A stretch of DNA of 55,955 nucleotides from Macrostomum lignano (taxonomy: Eukaryota), in assembly GCA_002269645.1 (NCBI GenBank), contig NIVC01003479.1:1-55955 (forward strand), given 5' to 3'. Below, piece by piece: positions 43,935 through 54,100 of this stretch. The position numbers were made by a program, and so were the translations under genes. A model generated the notes under the pieces. It did not search any database. It was not told the origin of the DNA and saw only the letters and a list, made by a program, of their open reading frames with translations. Numbering within the stretch: the stretch's first letter is position 1; each line of letters opens with the position of its first letter.

Positions 43935-44970
43935 TAAGGGGTATGCAATAAGTTTCTGTATATGTAAAGTAGAAAAGTGATATACACAATTTGGCATAGC
44001 AGGTTTTATATATTACTTGTGATTATATTTATACAATTTTAGACAAATTCACTCTATAATGCCTCTGCAACTACCATTCACACAAAAAAGCATATCCCCC
44101 TAACATTGAAAATTCACAATGGAGCTCAACAGAGGTCATTGCAAAGCAATGATTTAGTATAGCTACAAAAGTGGTCTAAGGTAACAAAAGAGCTTTGAGT
44201 GACTTCAAGTGGCTTTGAAAGACCTTCTAGGACTATAGTTTTGAAGTGGTTGGGCAAATTTTGATGTGGCCAATGGAGTCTAGATGATAAATAGTGCAGC
44301 CATGACCCTACTTCTATAGCAAGCAAAGAGGATAATTGCTTTTATTCAGGCAATGTTAGAGGATTATACCAGGGTAATTGTTACTTAAATAGAGACAAAA
44401 ATGGGGATCTTATTGGGAGCTATCTGCATTATCCTGCACTTAAGGCTGAACCTAAACAAGATTTCTATATACCAGGTGCTTTATCATTTTAAAAAGGATA
44501 AAAGGAGGCTTAGATGGCTTTGTGCCATGCTATGCTCAATAGACTTAATGGTGGTTGCTTAAACCTAATCTAAAAAATTATCAGTAACAAATCCTGGATC
44601 TATAGTTTAGGCCTAGAGACCAAGTGTAAATAACAGTTAGCCTAGTGGACATTAGTTGGAAGCACTTTACTATTGAAGCTACAATAAAAGCATAGTGGCA
44701 AAGCAGATATTGGCCATTTTTGAGACAAAAGCTAGAAGCAAAAGCAAAAAGCAAAATGCTGCAATTGAGGCTTTTGTTAGGCATGTTGAGGAAATGCCAA
44801 GTTTAAAGTAGTCTAGTGGCTTCAATGGTTTGAAAGTCAGTTCAAGTGGTTTAAAAAGATGTAATAGTGCATAGACTTTTTTGGAAAGTATCTTGAAAAT
44901 GTGACTATTAATTGCTCACTAATCTAATTATTTTAGTTTGTGCATCTAGAAGCTTATTATATACTCCTTA
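43935..44970 (+). mobile_element. Mariner (Tc1/mariner) DNA transposon, internally deleted and heavily C>T/G>A mutated; transposase remnant 44119..~44904
   Basis: 23-bp TIRs at 43935-43957 (TAAGGGGTATGCAATAAGTTTCT) and 44948-44970 (rc TAAGGAGTATATAATAAGCTTCT). Piecewise translation: MELNRGHCKAMI, PSRTIVLKWLGKF*CGQWSLDDK, ILHLRLNLNKIS, IISNKSWIY (=IVTGDESWIY), AAIEAFVRHV, WFKKM**CIDFFGKY (=WFERMQKCI..GEYF). Confidence 0.88.
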
Positions 44971-45510
44971 CAAAATTCTAAATTTTACATAATAGGTTAT
45001 CATATCTTTGGAATTATCATTGACATAATAAATATAATTATATATACAATACCCAAAAGTCCAAATCATGGTAGGAATACACTAGAATGAAAATTTGAGT
45101 TGTTTTAATTATATAAGTTAAAAAAATTTTATATATGCCAACTTTTATGATAATATAGTTTTTTATAAATAACAAGGGCTTTACAGAACTTTAAAGTGTC
45201 TATTTTGGAAATCTAATTTTTTGGTTGATTTTTAGATAAAAAGTTTTGGTATTGCCTTTACTTTTTTGGATAGAAGCAATTATTATCTGTACTTTTTTCC
45301 AAGTTAAATTATTATTTTTTATTGATATTTCCAATCATTTCTAAAGGAACTTTTTTGATTGATATTTAAATATATTATATATACTACATTAAGCCTAAAC
45401 TTGACTTTTTTGCATGTCAACTATGTTTCTATATATATTAGTTATTGTTATACCTAAAATTTCTATACTATATACCTAGTGTAGGCAATGGCTAGAGTTC
45501 TAGCATTAGA

Positions 45511-45769
45511 ACCCATTTTCTAATAGCTATAAATCTGGTAGTATTATCCTAGTAGTGCATTTTATGGATTTAATATACAAATAATAATATAAATTATAAC
45601 CTATTTTAATGGGTAGTTGATATTAAGATTTTGTTTACAATAAGATCAAAATAATATAATAAGATTCAAAACAGATACTGAGATAGGCCTACTTAAAATA
45701 TTCAAAGATTTTATTAGTAGATAACTATCTATAGGAGACTACTAGATCCATAGCTATTAGAAAATGGGT
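45511..45769. repeat. Fold-back/MITE-like element with 31-bp inverted arms (45511-45541 / 45739-45769)
   Basis: ACCCATTTTCTAATAGCTATAAATCTGGTAG vs rc ACCCATTTTCTAATAGCTATGGATCTAGTAG; the 3 mismatches are all A/G. Confidence 0.65.
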
Positions 45770-45956
45770 TTTTGTTGCTAAAACTCTTAATCTCAAAAAA
45801 TCTCAAAAAAAATTTCAAATAACACTTTTAGCACAAAATCTTGCTTTTTAATTGGCCTAGGCCCTACTTTTTGTTTGAATAAGTTAATTCATTGATTCAA
45901 GTGAACATATTCTAGGAAATAAGAATAACCTTGAACTAAATAAACAAATCAATTTG

Positions 45957-46638
45957 TAGAGCTGTCACGAGATCTTGACGAGACAAGATTCAAGACAAGA
46001 TCTCGACATTTTTTCTCGTCTTGAAAAATCTCAAATTTTGTTAAGAAATTTGAGACAAGATTCAAGAATTTTTCTGATACCTTTTTTCAAAAGCTTTTAA
46101 GTGATAAGATATAAAAAGGGGAGCAACTTTTTTATATAAATACAACTGTTTGTTGTAACACGCTTGATAGGGCAATTTTCAAATGGTAAAATCTAGCCAA
46201 TGTCGAGCAGTTTTAGTTATTTAACGAACATCGTTATATACAAGTTTGCATTGCATATGCGCTCTTTTAGTTATCATTACAGTTTTGTGGCAAGGTGTAT
46301 CATAGCAGACTCGAAGACAATCTACACAGGTCTTTTGATGAATTAGTAATAGACATAGTAGGGCCAAGGGTCTATATGCTACAAGCATAAATGCTTATGA
46401 ATAAATAGCAAAGAATTAAAACTAGAATTAAGAAAGTATTCTGGAAAATCTAAAAAATATATTTTATAATTGTTTCTTATCAAGAAATTTAAGACAAGAT
46501 AAGAGCAAGACAAGATGCAATTCTGAAATATATTTTTTTAGATTTACTTTGTCTTGTCTTGTCTCAAAATTCTCAACTTATAAGCTTTTCTCATCTCGAA
46601 TCTTGTCTCGAATAAAGTCTCTAATTTTGACAGCTCTA
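45957..46638. mobile_element. Non-autonomous hAT-type MITE, 682 bp
   Basis: Perfect 11-bp TIRs TAGAGCTGTCA/TGACAGCTCTA and perfect 8-bp TSD TCAATTTG (45949-45956, 46639-46646); subterminal AGACAAGA/TCTTGTCT repeats. Confidence 0.92.
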
Positions 46639-47255
46639 TCAATTTGGCATACTTGCCTAATTTAGTCCTTTCAAAGTTGCTTCTAAACAATTTTCATGGT
46701 AGGGGCCTATACTTGAAATGTAAAAACTTCTTATTAATCTCACCCAACTTTTCTTGACTCCCAACATTAACTACCAACAATCAACATGGTTGGGAATCTA
46801 AAAAAACACTTGGGTCCCAACCAAGTCGAGATCGGGATCAGAATCCAAGTTGGGCTCTAGTGTGCACCCAGCATGATCTGGACTATGGTAGCCATTAACC
46901 ATCCCTGGTTTAAGTAAGTATAGCCTATACCAAGGTTGTCAGTAAGGTAAAAATGTCAGAATTTTCCAGCATAAAGGCCACCTTCTGGACTATGATAAGC
47001 ATATAATTATATTACAGTTTTAATTATTAGCTATCATAATATTATATATTAGTAATATAGGCTACAGATAATAAGAGTAGCTAGCAGTAAGCCACATAAA
47101 TTGGAAAATGTGATGTGATGTCAAATTCAGATAAAAAATACACCATTATAAATAAGCAGATAGATTTTTCTAGTCATGTTATTTTTTCTTGCCATGAGGC
47201 CACTGAGGCCGTGACAATAAATAGTCAATATTTCTAATTATTATAATTACTCTTA

Positions 47256-47514
47256 GGGCCTTTTCATATTGCTTGCTCTGGTTCCAGAACCAGAACCAAT
47301 TTGTGAAGTATAACTTTTTGTCTCCATAACTAGATAGAGATACATACTATAAAGTTTTATTATTGAATGACAATCGCCAAGAAGAAAGTGAAAAATTGTG
47401 CTAAGTTATGTTGTTAAGGCAGTAAAATATTAACAGAGTTTAATAGTTATACTGCTGTTTTTCTTGGAATTCCAAACCGATTCTGGTTCTGGAATTGGTA
47501 ATATGAAAAGGCCC
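47256..47514. mobile_element. PIF/Harbinger (Tourist-like) MITE, 259 bp
   Basis: Perfect 15-bp TIR GGGCCTTTTCATATT / AATATGAAAAGGCCC, TTA TSD on both sides, inverted subterminal TTCCAGAACCAGAA. Confidence 0.9.
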
Positions 47515-48904
47515 TTAGTTGACTGCTCGCCGATCCAATATTCTATATTAAGCTTTTTATTAGAAACAAGCATAATAAAAATACTGGAAATAAATACTTA
47601 AAATTTAGTTTTACAAAACAGCAGCAGCAAACAATCACAACAATAATTTTAAGTTTTTGCAAATTCCGAATATATTGTGTGAAGTTTTTACTGCTTGCGT
47701 CATTTATTTTGTTTTAATACAAAGTCAACTCAAGTCGAATAAACAGAATACTGCAAATGAAACGTAAATTGTTCAATTATGGCTCACTTTCTATTTTTGT
47801 GGTTGTGTCTAATTCTTATTTACATTTTAGGCACCGATATCAAACTGGAGTACCGAAATGCCGGGCACCGAAAAGCACAGGCACCGAAAAGCGTAGACAC
47901 CTAACATATGTAGCTATACTAGCTGCAAATAAAACTATGACGTCCGTATTCGTCTAGAATTCGAGTTTTTCATTAAAACTTTAGAGTTATTCCAAACTGG
48001 AAACTTTAATAAAACCAGTGGTCCCTGATTAAAACTTCTGTATGTCGGAAATTCAATTTTAACCACATTGAGTCGGACAAAAATCGTCGTTCATACCAAG
48101 GACGACTAAAGTAACGTATATCAAGTAGTCCTTAGTTTATACATGTAGTTGGCTCGTGAACAGGTTCTGTTAAAAAAGTGCAAAAGCCAGCTATCGCTAT
48201 AGATGTTTTTTTACTACATGTACACTATATATGGATATTCATGTACATGTATACAAGGAGATCGATAGAAGAAAAAGAGCAAGGGAGCTCTTTTCTAATT
48301 CTCAACTGTCGAAATTAAAGTACGTGTCATACATGTAGCTAGCTACATGGTACCACATGTACATGTGCATGTATCTGTACCTGAAATCTCCTTTTATCTT
48401 TAATCACAATGCAGAATACCAGTGAAAGCAGAGATCGAATACAGCTAGCTGCATTAATTGAACCAGAATTATTTTACTAAGTATAAACGGCCTCGACTAG
48501 AATTAATAAGACAATCGATTCGATTCAATAAGTATTGAGAATGATATAATTTCTAACTGTAACACTACTTAAGTTAAAATTAGATTTACTACAGTAAAAA
48601 AATACTTACATAGTATATGCATGTACACTGTACATGTGAATATCATTAAAATGCACGTCGACGTCAATATTCTTGATTTCAGAGTAAAAAACAACAGGAG
48701 TAAAAAAGTGACCCAAGTAACAATTCAAAACAGCAAAAGTAGACTGAATTCAAAAGATTTTTGTTTATTTAAAATCAAATAAAAGTTTTTTAAACAAATA
48801 AAATGCAATGGCCAATAAAATGCGCAAACAAAATTTAAAATAAATAAAGACATGCAGATGGCGATGAATCACAAATAAGATGACAAAGGAGCAGAATCTA
48901 AAAG

Positions 48905-49537
48905 TTATTTATTTTCGCTTCGATCAATCACTAAGCTGCTCTGTTGGACTTCTGCACTCTTTCGCTCATCTCTCGATCGATTCAATCGATACGAGTAAAG
49001 GGTATCGAATCCCAGCGAAACCAAATTGTCAAACGTAACTCTCAGGCGGGTTGGCAGAAAATAAAAGTTAAACACCTGAGCGGCTGTCCAAACCGTGGCC
49101 TCGTACTTGTAAATCGTGAGACCGGACTCAATTAGATCGTCGCGTACCTCTTCTAGCGTAGACTTGCGCAATAAGCCCAACGCCAGAACGTACAACGTGA
49201 TGTACAATGGCGAGAAAAAGATCGTGTCAAACAGTAGCTTATAAGCCAGAGAGCGGCCCGTTCTACCAACGAAACGCCGGTCCAAGTACAGGTACCAATA
49301 GTGCGACAGCGGGCCCAGCATCAGGCCGCACAGGCTGATGGTGGCCGTGCGACTCCAGCTGTGAGTTCGCCTATCATTATTGGTCGATTCCAGTCGCTGG
49401 CTGATGATGTCGCCGAGGCAGGAGCTGACGCCGCAGATAACGCAGTTGGCGGCTAGGAGGTGACACGTCAGCAAACGGTTGGCTCTGCGACGACTCAGCC
49501 GGTAGACGGCTCGGAGACGGCCGAAGCGACGGAACAA
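48905..49537 (-). CDS. Mpv17/PMP22-family membrane protein (MPV17L2-like); no genomic ATG, begins at a splice acceptor
   Basis: Family motifs LGDIISQRLE, SWSRT...G..LGPLSHYWYLYLDR, KLLFDTIFFSPLY, VWTAAQVFNFYFLPTRLRV. The ORF starts directly after TTCTACAATTTCAG; the N-terminus is Arg-rich. Confidence 0.88.
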   Translation of the reverse strand: MFRRFGRLRAVYRLSRRRANRLLTCHLLAANCVICGVSSCLGDIISQRLESTNNDRRTHSWSRTATISLCGLMLGPLSHYWYLYLDRRFVGRTGRSLAYKLLFDTIFFSPLYITLYVLALGLLRKSTLEEVRDDLIESGLTIYKYEATVWTAAQVFNFYFLPTRLRVTFDNLVSLGFDTLYSYRLNRSRDERKSAEVQQSSLVIDRSENK

Positions 49538-49729
49538 CTGAAATTGTAGAATTTCGTAGAATGATTAGCTCGAATGCCTTTACAATTGAGAGCTTAGCGT
49601 GGCTTAAAAAGGCTTAGAGTGTCATCAACTAATCCAGAGATTTCAGGGTGTCTGACCGAAGATTTTTGGAGTTACGTAACGTAAGAGTTTCTTTGTTTTC
49701 AAGAGGGTTGTGCGGGCATCCCGGAGAAA

Positions 49730-49875
49730 CGCCTTTGGCAACGTCGTTTCACAACCAGTGCTGACGTCAACTCTGCTCATTCCGTTGACTCCTGAGTCCT
49801 GAGCAGTACAAGCAGACACTGTACACAGGCACGCACTCATACACACGTTCACACAAGGTGTACAGCGGCCCTGAC
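49730..49875 (-). repeat. Diverged copy of the interspersed repeat at 28370-28480
   Basis: rc CAGGGCCGCTGTACACCTTGTGTGA...GGAGTCAACGGAATG...GAAACGACGTTGCCAAAGGCGTT. Confidence 0.6.
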
Positions 49876-50553
49876 TATCTGTTGTCTGGCCTGTGAAATT
49901 CACCTAATAAACTACAGTAGCTAACACAAACTGACAAGTATTTTATTCCGGTTCCAGGCTAAGGTTACTTAAAAAACGAATATATAAGGTTAAAAAAGTC
50001 TTTTCTAGAACACAGTAATATTCATAACAGTTAAGGTTATTTTAAAAAATGTTTTTTTAATTTTTAAACATAATTTGACGATAAATCATCGATGTAACAT
50101 GTTAACAGTAATAACAACAATAATCATAATCGTATGAAAAAGTAATACAAATCACAGAACTCAAAACTATAGTAAATAATTCGGTTAAACTCGAGTTAAC
50201 ATAATGAGATGAGATTGAAACCTTCAGCGAATACAGACTAATGTAAGCGTAAAATTGAGTAGGAAGTTTATCCAATCAATTATGCAAGGACTTTATGTGG
50301 TTAAATAATAAAACTTGACGAACCCAGTAAACACTATCAGGTATCAATAAGTTAATCAAGTGATTTTGTAAAACAAAAAAGGTTATGGCATGAACTTCTG
50401 TGACATACGCCATGTACATGACAAAATTAATATCATCATAAGATGGTGCTATAAGAGCGAAACACAATTAACATAATCTATCGAGTAAATGGCAATAGGT
50501 TAGCATTTTCATCCAATTTTTGGCTGAGAATTTTCATATGATGAAGGACTTTA

Positions 50554-51086
50554 AGTGTCTCAGCATCTTCAGACTGAAGAGCTCCAGTGTCTCAGCATCT
50601 TCAGACTGAAGAGCTCCAGTGTATCAGCATCTTCAGACTGAAGAGCTCCAGTGTCTCAGCATCTTCAGACTGAAGAGCTCCAGTGTCTCAGCATCTTCAG
50701 ACTGAAGAGCTCCAGTGTCTCAACATCTTCAGACTGAAGAGCTCCAGTGTCTCAGCATCTTCAGACTGAAGAGCTCCAGTGTCTCAGCATCTTCAGACTG
50801 AAGAGCTCCAGTGTCTCAGCATCTTCAGACTGAAGAGCTCCAGTGTCTCAGCATCTTCAGACTGAACAGCTCCAGTGTCTCAGCATCTTCAGACTGAAGA
50901 GTTCCAGTGTCTCAGCATCTTCAGACTGAAGAGCTGCAGTGTCTCAGCATCTTCAGACTGAAGAGCTCGTGTCTCAGCATCTTCAGACTGAACAGCTCCA
51001 GTGTCTCAGCATCTTCAGACTGAACAGCTCCAGTGTCTCAGCATCTTCAGACTGAAGAGCTGCAGTGTCTCAGCATCTTCAGATTG
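50554..51086. repeat. Minisatellite, 32-bp unit CAGCATCTTCAGACTGAAGAGCTCCAGTGTCT with internal palindrome
   Basis: About 16 copies; each contains TCTTCAG-A-CTGAAGA. Confidence 0.96.
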
Positions 51087-51174
51087 AGACACTCATCAAT
51101 TATGATTTAAATAGATTTTTCCTAATTTCGATACACACAGATAGAGTTTACAAGTGTCTGATTGAATCTCAGAG

Positions 51175-54100
51175 TCACAGCCAAGCAGGAGTGGCCGGAC
51201 TCAAGCGCAGGGGTACCGCGCTGGAAACTCGATCTGTCTGCTGCTGTTGCTGTCTGCCCAACCCCGACCTGCTGGTGCTATTGTTGAGCAGTCGAATCGA
51301 CTCAAAGAACTCCGACCTATCCGGCGTTCTCAGTTGTTGAGCAAGACGGAAATAACAACTAGTAGCTATGGCTGAGTCCTCTGAAGATGCCGCTGCTGCT
51401 GCTGGTGCTACTGATGAAGATGAAGATGAAGAAGCAGCTTCCGCAGCAGAGGAAGTCGAGGCTGCTGTGGCGCCCGGAGAATTACGCCGATAGTGCAAAT
51501 TGGCGCCCAACGGGGTGCAGGACGGGCACTGAATGGAGCCTGGGCTGCCGCTGACGCTGCCTGATTGAATATGTGCGGTTTGAACATCACATGAACATCA
51601 TAGCGATTCTTAGATTGATCACTACTAATTGACAATTCTTCATCTGGAACCAATCAAACAATAATTCGAATGTCTTCGACACGAATAAACGCCATCAAAA
51701 GCTCAATTATCCCAACCTGGGATCTTCTAAGATGGCACAATGATCCTAATCCGGGATCTTCTAAGATGGCACAATGATCCTAATCCGGGATCTTCTAAGA
51801 TGGCACAATGATCCTAATCCGGGATCTTCTAAGATGGCACAATTATCCCAACCTGGATCTTCTAAGATGGCACAATTATCCCAACCTGGATCTTCTAAGA
51901 TGGCACAATGATCCTAATCCGGGATCTTCTAAGATGGCACAATCATCCCAATCTGGTATCTTCTAAGATGGCACAATCATCCCAATCTGGTATCTTCTAA
52001 GAAAGCACAATGATCCTAATCCGGGATCTTCTAAGAAAGCACAATGATCCCAATCTGGTATCTTCTAAGATGGCACAATTATCCCAATCTGGTATCTTCT
52101 AAGATGGCACAATTATCCCAATCTGGTATCTTCTAAGATGGCACAATTATCCCAATCTGGTATCTTCTAAGATGGCACAATTATTCCAATCTGGGATTTT
52201 TTAAGAAGATATAAATATCCCAATCTGGGATCGTCTAAGAAAAGACAAAAAATCCCAAACCAGGATCCAACAGTCCAGAGCTGCTCACCTCCCCTAGGAA
52301 CGCATCTGGAGTGGCAGGCGTGCCCGCAGCCTCGGAACAGCAGTACGCCACCGTTGCTACCGCCTGAGCTGCCGAAGGACGCCTCATCAAGCCGGAGGCC
52401 GCAGTTGGCGCAGCAGCAGCCGCCGGCGTCGCCGTTGGCCACCGCAGCCCGACGAGCCGATTGGCAGGCCTCCAGTAAGCGGAGATTTGCGTCTCTGTGC
52501 GCGATTATTGGCGTAAAAATCGGTATTATAATGGGGCTTTGGCCTGCATTAACTGCAGTTCATGCCACGCCAGCTCTCCTTTGTTCTTTGTTTGATTCGC
52601 CTGTCTCGCCTCTCCTCCTTTCACTTGATCATCCCTTTCCCTCCCTAACTTGGATATTCCCCCTCTATTGCGCCCACTTCCTCTCATGTCAAACTTCTTT
52701 CCAACTTTCTTCTTTTACTTCTCTATACCAGCTAATCCTTCCCCACTCTACCCTCCCTTCCCCACTCTACCCTCCCTTCCCGCTCTACCCTCCCTTCCCC
52801 GCTCTACCCTCCCTTCCCACTCTACCCTCCCTTCCCCACCCTACCCTCCCTTCCCCACTCTACCTCGTCTCTCTACTCTCTCCATTTTGCTCTGCACCCT
52901 CTAATTCCCCTCTCAATCCTCCAGTTTCCCTCTCAACCCTCCAATTCCCCTCCCCACCCTGCAATCCCCCTCTTAACCGTCCGATTCCCCTCTCAACCCT
53001 CCAATTCCCCTCCCAACCCTCCAATTCCCCTCCCCACCCTGCAATTCCCCTCTTAACCCTCCGATTCCCCTCTCAACCCTCCAATTCCCCTCCCAACCCT
53101 CCAATTCCCCTCCCCACCCTGCAATTCCCCTCTTAACCCTCCGATTCCCCTCTCAACCCTCCAATTCTCCTCTCAACCCACCAATTCCCCTCCCAACCGT
53201 CCAATTCCCCTCCCCACCCTCCGATTTCCCTCTCAACCCTCCGATTCCCCTCCCAACCCTCCAATTCCGCTCTCCACCTTCCCACCCAGAGCACCCACCG
53301 TCCAACCAGTCCGGCGCACGTGGCCAGCAGGGTGCTCTCGTATCGACAAGAGTCCAGCAGGTGCACCAGCAGGTCCAACAGTTCACCAACCCGATCAGCC
53401 GTATAAGCCGGATCGGACAGCAACCGTCTCAGCACGGACGGAAGCGAGACGCCGCTGCCAGCCGTCATTCGAGCTACCAAATTTCTGCAGGCCAATCGGA
53501 CCAGTTCTTGATCTTTGTCGGCTTCGTCGACGTTTCCGTCAACGTGTACTCGTCGAGCTCGTTGAAGCACCCGATCGAGCAATTGAAACCAGAGCTGCTC
53601 AGCGGCTGCAGCATCTGCTGGCTTACTGTCGTCCTGCTGCAGCCTAGCCGCGGCTCTTGAGCAGGTGTCGGCGCATTTTCCCAGCCAGTCCAATACGGCA
53701 CTGTTGCGATCGTCGGCGCTTGTCGACGCCGATGAGGAATTCCAAGCGGCGTCGAGTCGGTTGAGCAGAACGTCAAGAGCTCGGTCTGGCTGATTGGCCA
53801 GCTCGTAGCAGATTGCCTGGGCTTCGGCTTGACTGTTCGGGTCCAAGTGCTGGGATTGTTTCATAGGGGGATTGCTATTATGAACTGTTCGTAGTTGCTA
53901 CGACTTGGTTGCTATGCGTTGGTGGTTGCTACGACTTGGTTGCTATGCGTTGGTGGTTGCTACGACTTGGTTGCTATGCGTTGGTGGTTGTTATGGCTAG
54001 GTTGCTATGCTTTGGTGGTTGCTATGGCTTGGTTGCTATGCGTTGGTGGTTGCTACGACTTGGTTGCTATGCGTTGGTGGTTGCTACGACTTGGTTGCTA

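Noticed and set aside
44690-44730. hAT dimerisation-domain reading of IVAKQILAIF
   Set aside because: Better explained as the mutated mariner segment (V/S)GKQMVA(V/C)FF, colinear with the other mariner motifs and TIRs.
43180-46825. LTR pair (AAAAAACTATTTGGGATCCCACC at ~43190 vs AAAAAACACTTGGGTCCCAACC at ~46801)
   Set aside because: The similarity is short and gapped, with no TG...CA termini, PBS or gag/pol remnants identified.
50554-51086. CRISPR-like array (32-bp palindromic repeat)
   Set aside because: Units are directly adjacent with no unique spacers, there are no cas genes, and the context is eukaryotic.
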